Source: Candidatus Campbellbacteria bacterium
GTDB taxonomy: Bacteria > Patescibacteriota > Minisyncoccia > UBA9983
Direction of reading: 5' to 3'
Length of the DNA: 25,842 nucleotides
NCBI GenBank assembly: GCA_003231675.1
Contig: QIJB01000101.1
Coordinates: 1 to 25,842 of the forward strand
In this document: positions 1-8,809 of the stretch, one piece after another
Layout of the letters: each line of letters begins with the position of its first letter
Numbering within the stretch: position 1 is the stretch's first letter
Position numbers and translations under genes: made by a program
Notes under the pieces: model-generated
What the model was told of the DNA's origin: nothing
Seen by the model: only the letters and a program-made list of their open reading frames with translations
Databases searched by the model: none

Positions 1-3000
1 TGTCGGTTGTATTGTTGTAACCGGCCTGATAACCTATGGCGACAAGGTTATTTCCCGTGTTATTGTAACCCACTTGGTAGCCCAAACCTGTTTGATAATT
101 CCCTGTGTTATATCTCCCCGCTCCCTCCCCGACAAAGAGTCCATAATTTGTGGACGAGGCGGAGAGAATTGTCTTCCCCGCCTGTTTGTAGCCGGAATAT
201 TGGTCGGTATTTACGAAGCCGGAGACATCCAGTTTATAGGAAGGAGTGGTGGTGGCGATGCCGACATTACCATCTTTTGTTATAACCATTCTACTGATAA
301 AATTGGTCGCGCTGAGATTTGTTTCAAAACTAAGGGAATTATCGTTCGCGTTATCTCCTCGGACACCCACATTCCATTTTTGACCGGGATTCACTCCGTC
401 ACCCAAAGAATACCAGATTCTCGCGTAACCGGTTGAACTCGCGCTATGCAACCCTATTTGAGCATATTCCGGGTCATAAATATCAAGATTAAATCCCGGC
501 GTCGTGGTGCCGATTCCAATCTTCCCGGATGGGTCAATAAAAATTGAAGAGGTCGCCATAATGTCCGTTCCGTCAGTGGCGTAATACGGAAATTGTCCTG
601 CCGTTCCAGAGGCGACTGTTCCGCTTCCGGCTCCGACACACACGCCGTTGACCGCGAAACATCCGTTAGTGATATTCCAGCCGTTGGCGGCCGTAGAAGT
701 GGAACTGTTTGAAGTGGCGGTAAAGTATGAAGAAACTGTTTCTCCGACAACCGACAGTTTGGCGTAGGGAGTGGTTGTGCCGATTCCGACGTTGCCGGAA
801 CTCAATGTCGTTCCCGTTCCATCAAGCCCTGTTCCAAAGATGAGATTTCCGATGTTGAGTTGATTATCTCCGGTGGTCAAGGGGGCATCAACATCATATC
901 CGATAATAAGATTATTTGAGCCGGTGGTGATATTCTGTCCGGCGGCATAGCCCAAAGCAATATTATGCCTTCCTTCCGCAGTTTTACTCCACCAGCCGGT
1001 GGATGTGGCATCATCACCTTCCCATGTATGGGTTAAATAGAAATTATCCGGGTCAATAACCGTAATCGTGTATGTTCCGTTGTAGTTTATTGATCCTGTG
1101 ATTGAAATATTGGAAACTGTCCCCGTTAATCCGTGGGTTTGTGATATAGCTTTTACCGTACCAGGCACTGTTCCGCTATAATCGCTCCAGGATATTATGT
1201 TTTTACTGGTAGGTTTGATATTATAGAGAGCACTCGCTCCGAGAGCGGTATTGTTATTCCCGGTAGTGTTGGAATAGAGAGATTCTGTGCCGTTTGCGGT
1301 GTTGTTGTTCGCGGTAACATTGGAATAGAGGGAGTAGTAACCGATTGCGGTGTTGTTGTTCCCCCTAAGATTGTGAAAGAGGGATTCTGTTCCATTTGCG
1401 GTGTTGTTATTTGCATCGCCATTAGCATAGAGGGATAAGTAACCTACCGCGGTGTTGTTGTTTCCCTTATTGTAATAAAGAGAGTTTACACCATTTGCGG
1501 TGTTGTTTGAGCCACTGCTGTTATAGTAAATTGATTCATAACCGGTTGCGGTGTTGTTGTTTCCAGTAGTGTTGTAGTAGAGGGAGCTCGCGCTGTTTGC
1601 GCTATTATAAAATCCGGTGGTGTTTGAATAAAGAGAATCAGCGCCGAGAGCTGTATTGAAATACCCTGTGGTGTTTGAAGAAAAAGAGTCAGCGCCGACA
1701 GCGGTATTCAAACTGGATTGAAAATATTGTGTCGCCGTTGAGCCCATAGTAAGGTTGCCAGTATACTTTCCAATAAAAGTGTTTTCACCCAATGTCGTTA
1801 CCGTTCCGTTATTGCCATAATTGAAATTATAGATAAAAGGAATACCATTTTTGGTAATCACTCCGTACTGGTTTGTATAAGTCGTATCGTCCAAATTTAT
1901 GTTTCCTTGGTAAATATCAAGTTTTACCCCCGGCGTCGTGGTGCCGATTCCAATCTTCCCGGATGGGTCAATAAAAATTGAAGAGGTTGCCGTGAGGTCT
2001 GTTCCGTCAGCTGCGTAATACGGAAACTGTCCGGTTGTTCCTAAACCGGTTGTTCCGGAACCTCCTCCGGTAACACACATTCCATTGACCGCGAAACATC
2101 CGTTAGTGATATTCCAGCCGTTGGCGGCGGTTGAAGTAGCGGTTGTTGAGGCGGCAGTGAAGTATGAGGAAACTGTTTCTCCGACAACCGACAGTTTGGC
2201 GTAAGGGGAAGTGGTACCAATTCCAACGTTGCCCTCTCTGTTTACTGTCATTATGGTTCCTTCTCTCGTATTGCCAATTTTAAAAATATCACTTCCTCCG
2301 TCTACATCAATTATTTGAAGACCGTTGGAAATATCAATGACATACGCGTAATTTCCCAAAACATAGACATCCTTGAAACTATAAGGGGCTTCGTATTCCT
2401 CGGCGAAAGAAGGACTGGCGGGGTTGGATATGTCAATGATTTGAAGAGATGAACCGTCCGCAACATAGGCGTAGTTACCTGAAACGCTGACGCTCTGCGC
2501 GCCTCCAGAAATGTCATAATTTCCGACCAGCGAAGGGCTGGCTGGGTTGGATACGTCAATGATTTGAAGAGATGTCCCATTCACCAAATACGCGTAATTG
2601 CCGGACACATAAACGTCTCGCGCCGTGGAGGTATTATAATTTCCGACCAGCGAAGGGCTGGCTGGGTTGGATACGTCAATGATTTGCAGACCGTTGTTGT
2701 CATCTGGCACATAAGCATAATTGCCTGAAATATAAACGGACATTGTATTCCCGGGTGTGTTGTAAGTTCCCGTTAAGGAAGGACTGGCGGGGTTGGATAT
2801 GTCAATGATTTTAAGACCATGACCGGGGTCGGTGTTGCTCCATCCGCTACTATGATCCACCACATAGGCATAGTTTCCGGAAACGTAAACATCCCGATCC
2901 TGCGCTGTTCCGGATGTATCGTAATTTCCCGCAAGGGTTGGGGTGGAGGGATTGGAAACGTCTATGATTTCCAACCCGAATGATCCGTCCGCAACATAAG

Positions 3001-3454
3001 CGTAATTACCTGAGACATAAATGCCTTTAGCGCCCGAATGAGAAAATCTGTAAAAAGAGACAGATAACGGGTCAGTCGGGGCGGATACGTTAATGATTTG
3101 GAGGCTGCCGTTATAAGTGTTGGTAACATACGCATAATTCCCGGAAACAAAAACCCTGACGGAACTCCATGAATATACACTCCCGGCGAGAGACGGACTT
3201 CCAAAGAGGGTGAGCCGGGCGGAGGGCGAACTTGTGCCTATCCCAATCCTGCTGTTTGAAGAATTGACAAAAAAGGCGTTGTTGGAAAAATTAACATCTC
3301 CGGAGACGGTCAGCCCCCCGTCCGTGGTGATGCTTGAGCCGATTGTCGTTGAACCGGTTGCCGCCAGAGCAACGAAGACAAAGGTGAAGACAACAGAAAG
3401 AGCGACTGAAAGAAAGGCTTTCGTTTTGTAAAATTTTTTGCGCGCCAGATACAT
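1..3454 (-). CDS. Giant modular secreted/surface protein (fibre/adhesin-like): N-terminal hydrophobic segment, 7 LVIVD repeats, six G-x-[VI]-G-I-[GA]-T-x-x-P modules and 17-aa NTAxG repeats; 3' end lies outside the window
   Basis: Hand translation from ATG at 3454 (MYLARKKFYKTKAFLSVALSVVFTFVFVALAA...) stays open to base 2 (1151 codons; the frame matches at both ends). Probably absent from the ORF track because no stop lies in the window. Confidence 0.9.
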   Translation of the reverse strand, partial: MYLARKKFYKTKAFLSVALSVVFTFVFVALAATGSTTIGSSITTDGGLTVSGDVNFSNNAFFVNSSNSRIGIGTSSPSARLTLFGSPSLAGSVYSWSSVRVFVSGNYAYVTNTYNGSLQIINVSAPTDPLSVSFYRFSHSGAKGIYVSGNYAYVADGSFGLEIIDVSNPSTPTLAGNYDTSGTAQDRDVYVSGNYAYVVDHSSGWSNTDPGHGLKIIDISNPASPSLTGTYNTPGNTMSVYISGNYAYVPDDNNGLQIIDVSNPASPSLVGNYNTSTARDVYVSGNYAYLVNGTSLQIIDVSNPASPSLVGNYDISGGAQSVSVSGNYAYVADGSSLQIIDISNPASPSFAEEYEAPYSFKDVYVLGNYAYVIDISNGLQIIDVDGGSDIFKIGNTREGTIMTVNREGNVGIGTTSPYAKLSVVGETVSSYFTAASTTATSTAANGWNITNGCFAVNGMCVTGGGSGTTGLGTTGQFPYYAADGTDLTATSSIFIDPSGKIGIGTTTPGVKLDIYQGNINLDDTTYTNQYGVITKNGIPFIYNFNYGNNGTVTTLGENTFIGKYTGNLTMGSTATQYFQSSLNTAVGADSFSSNTTGYFNTALGADSLYSNTTGFYNSANSASSLYYNTTGNNNTATGYESIYYNSSGSNNTANGVNSLYYNKGNNNTAVGYLSLYANGDANNNTANGTESLFHNLRGNNNTAIGYYSLYSNVTANNNTANGTESLYSNTTGNNNTALGASALYNIKPTSKNIISWSDYSGTVPGTVKAISQTHGLTGTVSNISITGSINYNGTYTITVIDPDNFYLTHTWEGDDATSTGWWSKTAEGRHNIALGYAAGQNITTGSNNLIIGYDVDAPLTTGDNQLNIGNLIFGTGLDGTGTTLSSGNVGIGTTTPYAKLSVVGETVSSYFTATSNSSTSTAANGWNITNGCFAVNGVCVGAGSGTVASGTAGQFPYYATDGTDIMATSSIFIDPSGKIGIGTTTPGFNLDIYDPEYAQIGLHSASSTGYARIWYSLGDGVNPGQKWNVGVRGDNANDNSLSFETNLSATNFISRMVITKDGNVGIATTTPSYKLDVSGFVNTDQYSGYKQAGKTILSASSTNYGLFVGEGAGRYNTGNYQTGLGYQVGYNNTGNNLVAIGYQAGYNNTTD
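495..775. repeat. Copy 1 of a ~285-bp intragenic direct duplication (copy 2 at 1929-2215)
   Basis: Identical blocks: 495-553=1929-1987 (59 nt), 648-691=2085-2128 (44 nt), 732-766=2169-2203 (35 nt). Confidence 0.95.
1228..1712 (-). repeat. Ten tandem ~17-aa (51-nt) repeats, consensus NTAxGxxSLYxNTTGxx
   Basis: Translated units such as NTAVGADSFSSNTTGYF, NTALGADSLYSNTTGFY and NTANGTESLYSNTTGNN; gcggtgttgttg recurs about every 51 nt on the + strand. Confidence 0.9.
1929..2215. repeat. Copy 2 of the ~285-bp intragenic duplication
   Basis: Same identical blocks as 495-775; encodes PYAKLSVVGETVSSYFTA...ANGWNITNGCFAVNG...GQFPYYA.DGTD..ATSSIFIDPSGKIGIGTTTPG. Confidence 0.95.
2305..3200 (-). repeat. 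Seven LVIVD repeats (probable 7-bladed beta-propeller)
   Basis: Seven copies of [VI]-x-G-N-Y-A-Y...L-x-I-I-[DN]-[VI]; 51-nt identity 2516-2566=2636-2686 and 34-nt identity 2409-2442=2778-2811. Confidence 0.88.
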
Positions 3455-3534
3455 AAAATAAAAGCGGATTTTAACCCTCTATTTCCTCAATAATACCATA
3501 AAAAAAAACAAAAAACTAATCCTGCTGTGGATTA

Positions 3535-4974
3535 CTATACCCTTAAAAATAGAGGTTTTGGCATTTTATTGTCCCTAATCGCCGAAAGTATTTTTTGAGA
3601 GGTTCCCGGTAAAAAAGGCGCAAGCATCAGGGCGATTTTTTTAAGACCGCTAACTAGCTCCCGCAGTATTTCTTTGGCGGCCTCTTCGTCCGTTTTCACA
3701 AGTTTGAAAGGCTCTGTTTTTTGAATTCGCGAATCAAGTTTTGACACCAACTCCCAAATTTTATCCATTGCCCTGCTCAATTCAAAATTTTCCATAAATT
3801 TGTCAAAGTCGGAGACAACTCCTTCTTCTTGTTTGGACGACCCGCTCTCAAAATTCTCCCCGGCAAGATATTGCTCGCTCATTTTCATAATCCGCGCCGT
3901 CAGATTACCAAGTCCGTTCGCTAAATTGGCATTATAGGCATCCTTGAATTTTTCTTCCGTGATATCTCCATCCTCAAAAGGGGATATTTCCCGCAATAAA
4001 TAATAACGGACGGCGTCCGCTCCGTATTTTTCAATTAAATCAAAAGGGTCAATAACATTTCCAGAACTCTTTGACATTCTTCTTCCTCCGGAAAGAAGAA
4101 AACCGTGAACCATTATTCTTTTGGGGAGCGCCAACCCTGCGGACAAAAGCATCGCCGGCCAAACAAGGGCGTGAAAACGCAAAATATCTTTGCCAATTAG
4201 ATGCAAATCAGCCGGCCAAAACCTGTTAAATTTTTCTTGATTATCCGACCCGTAACCGAGGGCGGAAATATAATTAGAAAGCGCGTCGCACCACACATAC
4301 ATCAATTGAGATTCATCTCCGGGAACCGGAATTCCCCATCCGTCTAATTTCTCCGCCGGCCGGGAAAAACTTATATCTTCCGCACCTCTTTTAATCATGG
4401 ATAAAATTTCATTTTTTCTCGCCGGCGGAATAATTTTTATTTCATCAATTTCAATCTTTTTTTTGATTATATCCGCATAACGAGAGAGCCTAAAAAAATA
4501 ATTTTCCTCTTCAATCAGTTCGGGCTCCTTGCCGTGATAAGGGCACTTTCCGTCTGTTAAATCTTTTTCCGTAACATACGCCTCGCATCCGACGCAATAA
4601 TAACCCTTATATTTCCCCTTATAAATGTCTCCGGCGTTGACTAAATTATTCCAAAAAGCGCGCGCTCCCATCCAATGTTTTTCCGGGTCAGAAGTGCGAA
4701 TAAAACCATCATTGGAAATATTCAATTCCTTGATAAGTTTTTTGAATTTTTCCACATTCTCGTCCGTGAACTCTTTTACGCCCTTTTTCACCTCTTGTGC
4801 CGAACGGACTATCTTCAGACCGTGCTCATCAACACCCGTTAAAAAATAAACTTCCTTACCAAGAAGCCTTTCATGGCGCGCGATGCTGTCCGCCTGTATT
4901 TTTTCCAAAGCATGCCCGAAATGAGGGGGGCCGTTCACATAATCAATGGCGGTTGTGATATAGAATTTTTTCAT
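3535..4974 (-). CDS. metG: Methionine--tRNA ligase, short form without the C-terminal tRNA-binding domain
   Basis: FYITTAIDYVNGPPHFGH (HIGH), LTGVDEHG, CVGC...CPYH knuckle, YVWCDAL, IGKDILRFH, RMSKS (KMSKS variant). Confidence 0.97.
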   Translation of the reverse strand: MKKFYITTAIDYVNGPPHFGHALEKIQADSIARHERLLGKEVYFLTGVDEHGLKIVRSAQEVKKGVKEFTDENVEKFKKLIKELNISNDGFIRTSDPEKHWMGARAFWNNLVNAGDIYKGKYKGYYCVGCEAYVTEKDLTDGKCPYHGKEPELIEEENYFFRLSRYADIIKKKIEIDEIKIIPPARKNEILSMIKRGAEDISFSRPAEKLDGWGIPVPGDESQLMYVWCDALSNYISALGYGSDNQEKFNRFWPADLHLIGKDILRFHALVWPAMLLSAGLALPKRIMVHGFLLSGGRRMSKSSGNVIDPFDLIEKYGADAVRYYLLREISPFEDGDITEEKFKDAYNANLANGLGNLTARIMKMSEQYLAGENFESGSSKQEEGVVSDFDKFMENFELSRAMDKIWELVSKLDSRIQKTEPFKLVKTDEEAAKEILRELVSGLKKIALMLAPFLPGTSQKILSAIRDNKMPKPLFLRV

Positions 4975-4990
4975 TATGAATCTTTATAAA

Positions 4991-6043
4991 TTATTGACTG
5001 CTAAAATGCGTGTGTTTCTTTTTTTTCTCAATATCCGCGATAAATTCAAAAAGAACGGCCATAATCGGAACGGATAAAAGCACGCCGAAAAACCCCCCTA
5101 ATTCCGCTCCAATAATAAGAGCCAGAATCGTAATAATGGGCGGGATGCCCACTGTCTTCCTTATGACAAGAGGGTAAATAAGATGATTTTCAAATTGTTG
5201 GATTATAATATACAAAAGAATTACCGCCAGGGCGCTGGATGGATTTTGCAAAAAAGCGATGGCGATGGGGGGAATGGAAGCCAAAATGGGTCCGAATATC
5301 GGTATTAACTCAAATATGGCGGCGAGAAGAGCGAAGGTAAGGGCATAGGGAACCCTGAGAATGGTAAGCCCGAGAAAGACGAGGACGCCCACAAGCACAC
5401 CTAACAATATCTGTCCTTTAAGCCAGCTTCCAATCTTATCGCGGGACCTGAACCAAAGATCAACGACATATTTTTCATGCGAAACAGGTGTTACAATCCG
5501 CAAAAAATTTTCAATACCTTTCTCTTGGACCGCAAGATAGAAAGAAAGAACGATAATGAGCGCAAAAGACAACGCTCCGCCAAAGGCGACGGTGGCCGCC
5601 TGAAAAAATCCGCTTGATATCTCTCCTATATACACTTTCGCGCTTTGAGCGAAACTGAGCAGCAGCCCTGAAATTGATGCCGGAAGTTCTGGTAAAAATT
5701 GCTGAATTGTCTTAAGCGCCAACGGTTTTTCCAAATATGACGGAGTGCTGACGGATAAATTTGATAATTCTGAAAAAATCGGAGGAATGACAAGATAAAA
5801 CATAACCCCCATTATCGCGAAAACAATTAGGTAGACAAGAATTACCGCGAGAACCCTTGGAATTTTATATTTTTGGAACCATCGCGCCGCCGGCTCCACC
5901 CCTGAGGCGACCACCACGGAAAAAAGGACCACCGCGACTATGTCGCGAATAACATAGAGAAAAATAAAAAGAATCACCACTAAAATAGCCTTAAAAAAGG
6001 TTCCGGAGTTGATATTGATGTTTATTGTTTTGTCGCCACTCAT
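4991..6043 (-). CDS. AI-2E family transporter
   Basis: 350 aa, multi-TM; ELIPIFGPI and IIQQFENHLIYPLVIRKTVGIPP motifs. Confidence 0.92.
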   Translation of the reverse strand: MSGDKTINININSGTFFKAILVVILFIFLYVIRDIVAVVLFSVVVASGVEPAARWFQKYKIPRVLAVILVYLIVFAIMGVMFYLVIPPIFSELSNLSVSTPSYLEKPLALKTIQQFLPELPASISGLLLSFAQSAKVYIGEISSGFFQAATVAFGGALSFALIIVLSFYLAVQEKGIENFLRIVTPVSHEKYVVDLWFRSRDKIGSWLKGQILLGVLVGVLVFLGLTILRVPYALTFALLAAIFELIPIFGPILASIPPIAIAFLQNPSSALAVILLYIIIQQFENHLIYPLVIRKTVGIPPIITILALIIGAELGGFFGVLLSVPIMAVLFEFIADIEKKKKHTHFSSQ

Positions 6044-6048
6044 TCCTT

Positions 6049-7335
6049 TTATAATTCGCTGAATAATTTTTTATAATACCTTTCTTGGCCGGTCGCGTTC
6101 AGATGGCGACCTATCACAGCCAAACTGATATTTTCTGATTTAAAGACGCTGTTTGCTATCTTAAGAATATCATCTTGGCTGACTTTTTCAATCGTTTCCA
6201 AGATTTTATCCGGTTGGAGAATTTTTTTGTAGAAGAGGTCCTGCTCTCCGTAAAAATCCGCCACATGGTCGGTAGTTTCAAGACTTAGCGCCATCTGCCC
6301 CCTTATATAACTCTTCGCGTCATTTAAAACCTTCAGAGAAACTCTGTTCTTTTTCAGCTCAGATAAAATATCTTTCATTTTTTCAATCGTTTTTCGCAAA
6401 TTGGCGTGCGAGACCCCCGCCCTAAGATAGACAAGTCCGGTGTCGGTTTGAAGCCAATCATCGCTCCCAACATAATAAGCCAATCCGTTTTTTTCTCTTA
6501 TTTCAGAAAAAAGAAGTGATGATGAATTCCCTCCTAAAATAACGGACAAAACGCCAAGCGCGTGGCGTCTTTCATCAAACATATCAAATGCCCTAAAGCC
6601 GAGCGCCAGATGAGTTTGGTCGCTCTTTTTATTGAAAATTTCAATACGCGGACTTTTTTGATTTTGTTTCGTTTTTGTCGCGGAAATTTTCGCGCCTTTT
6701 TTTGTTTTTACAAAGGCTGATTCTACTTTCTTGAAAACTTTTTCCGAGTTGATTTTTCCTGCCACCACGATTTCCATATTTTTTGCGATATAATTACCGG
6801 CGCGATATTTTAAAATATCGGAACGCTTTATTCCGCCAACACTTTTTTTATCTCCCAAAACGCTTCTTCCCGCAGGTTGGTTGCCAAACATCAACGTCAA
6901 TAACAACTCTGCCACTTTCCGTTGCGGTAAATCTTCATACATTGCTATTTCTTGCAAAATAACGCCACGTTCCTTATTTATTTCTTCCTCTTTGAAAATC
7001 GGATTCAAAAGCAAGTCGGAAATAACATCAAGCCCCACGTCAAAATATTTAGACGCCAGTTTAACCCAAAAACCCGTTATTTCGTAACCAGTAAAAGCGT
7101 TATGGCTCGCCCCCACTCTGTCCAATTCTTTATATATATCGCCGGCAGTTGGTCTTTTTTCCGTTCCTTTGAAAAAAAGATGCTCTAAAAAATGAGAAAT
7201 TCCACTGAGCCGTTCGCTTTCATTTTTTGATCCCACTCCAACCAAAACCTGAATGGTCACCGCCTCGGAATTTTTCATAGGAACAACGGTAACGCGCAAA
7301 CCATTGCTTAAAACTTTCTTTTCAAACTTAAACAT
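6049..7335 (-). CDS. M16 family (pitrilysin-like) zinc peptidase
   Basis: Inverted zincin motif HFLEHLFFKGT, NAFTGYEIT, ERGVILQE, IREKNGLAY. Confidence 0.95.
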   Translation of the reverse strand: MFKFEKKVLSNGLRVTVVPMKNSEAVTIQVLVGVGSKNESERLSGISHFLEHLFFKGTEKRPTAGDIYKELDRVGASHNAFTGYEITGFWVKLASKYFDVGLDVISDLLLNPIFKEEEINKERGVILQEIAMYEDLPQRKVAELLLTLMFGNQPAGRSVLGDKKSVGGIKRSDILKYRAGNYIAKNMEIVVAGKINSEKVFKKVESAFVKTKKGAKISATKTKQNQKSPRIEIFNKKSDQTHLALGFRAFDMFDERRHALGVLSVILGGNSSSLLFSEIREKNGLAYYVGSDDWLQTDTGLVYLRAGVSHANLRKTIEKMKDILSELKKNRVSLKVLNDAKSYIRGQMALSLETTDHVADFYGEQDLFYKKILQPDKILETIEKVSQDDILKIANSVFKSENISLAVIGRHLNATGQERYYKKLFSEL

Positions 7336-7341
7336 AAGCCT

Positions 7342-7350
7342 ATAATAGCA
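7342..7350 (-). promoter_or_regulatory. Extended -10 promoter (TGC-TATTAT), 6 nt before the ATG of the M16 gene
   Basis: Minus strand reads ATGCTATTATAGGCTTATG. Confidence 0.55.
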
Positions 7351-7374
7351 TAAAAGGAGAATTTTGTTTTTATT

Positions 7375-8758
7375 TTAGATTTTTAGGCGGGATGCCAGCT
7401 CTTCAATTTTCACCCTTTCCTGTTCGCCAGTGTCGCGGTCGCGAAGGGTGACGGTATTGTCTTCCAGCGTGTCAAAGTCAACCGTTACGCAATATGGCGT
7501 CCCGATTTCGTCCTGCCTGCGGTATCGTTTGCCGATATTTCCGTTGTCGTCAAAAACAACAGGTTGGATTTCTTTTTTTATCATTTCGTAAACTTCTCTC
7601 GCCTTCGCGACCAACTCCGGCTTATTTTTAAGGAGAGGAAAAACCGCCGCCTTAATCGGAGCGATTTCCGGTTTGAATTTCATAAACACCCTCTTGCCGC
7701 CGGACATTTCGTCTTCGGTGTAAGCTTCACAAAACGCCGCCAGCAAAGCCCTGTCCACCCCGAACGACGGCTCTATCGCATGCGGGACAAATCTTTCTTT
7801 TGGTTCCTCGTCGTAATAGTCAATTTTGTGGTTTTTTAGGTCAAAATCTCCGCGGTACGCCAATCCGACAACCTCGTCATCGCCGAACGGATACTTGTAA
7901 AAAATATCTATGGTCCTTTTTGAATAATGCGCCAAATCATCTTTGGGAACTTCAAAATCGGAAAGACTCCCCGCGGTGATTCCGATACTTTCCAGCCAAC
8001 CGTGAATCTCCGACCGCCAATGCTCAAAAACAGTCTGCCAATCTTCATCATTCTTGGGCGGTTTTATGAAATACTCAATCTCCATTTGCTCAAATTCCCG
8101 CACGCGAAAAAGAAAATCTCCGGGGGTGATTTCGTTCCTGAACGATTTTCCGATCTGGGCGATGCCGAACGGAAGTTTCGGGTGCATTGAATCAACGACA
8201 TTTTTGAAATTTACGAAAATCCCTTGAGCCGTTTCGGGACGAAGATAAATTTGGGAGGCGGTGCCCTCAACCGCCCCAATAAAAGTTTTGAACATCATAT
8301 TGAATTGCTTTTCTTCCGTCAGCTCCCCTCCGCACTCGGGGCACTGTCGGACGGCTTCGTTTCCGTCCCCACCCCGAAGTCGGACTTCGGGGACCCCGAA
8401 GTCCGACTTCGGGGTGGGGGAAATTTTATCAGCCCTGAATCTTTTGTGGCATTTCTTGCATTCAACGAGAGGGTCGGAAAAACCCGCCGTATGCCCGCTC
8501 GCCTCCCACACTTTGGGGTTCATCAAAATGGCGGCGTCAAGTCCGAACATATCCTCCCTGTTCAGAACGAATTTTTTCCACCCACGAATTTTTTATGTTG
8601 TTTTTCAGCAAAACTCCGAGTGGACCGTAATCCCAGACGCCCGCCAACCCGCCGTAAATTTCCGAGCTCTGATACACAAAGCCTCTCCTTTTGGCAAGGC
8701 TTACGATTTTTTCCATTTTACCGTCAATATTGGAACTTTTTGAATTTATGGGTTTCAT
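7375..8758 (-). CDS. glyQS: Glycine--tRNA ligase, homodimeric (GlyQS) type, split by a 1-nt insertion at 8581-8583
   Basis: N-part [15 protein letters not shown]...DYGPLG and C-part [47 protein letters not shown]. Removing one G from TCGTGGGTGG restores [17 protein letters not shown]. The start could be 8758 or 8716. Confidence 0.93.
8367..8419. repeat. Perfect 53-nt palindrome (26-bp arms around a 1-nt centre), built from two 9-bp hairpins, inside the glyQS reading frame
   Basis: ccccaccccgaagtcggacttcgggg-a-ccccgaagtccgacttcggggtgggg; the right arm is the exact reverse complement of the left arm. Confidence 0.97.
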
Positions 8759-8809
8759 TTTACTTCGTCTAATACTAAAATCTTTCTCTGTTTTTCTTCG
8801 CGACAATTC

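Noticed and set aside
7-3431. Short ORFs from the track over the first 3.4 kb (e.g. 74-436, 454-750, 1195-1428, 3210-3431)
   Set aside because: They are antisense or off-frame shadows of the giant minus-strand CDS.
4070-4085. RMSKS instead of KMSKS in MetRS
   Set aside because: A conservative change at the more variable first position; the second lysine is intact.
8224-8772. Long antisense ORFs over glyQS (8224-8772, 8261-8743)
   Set aside because: Shadows of a conserved gene. Their PTPKSDFG and EVRLRGG peptides merely reflect the palindrome.
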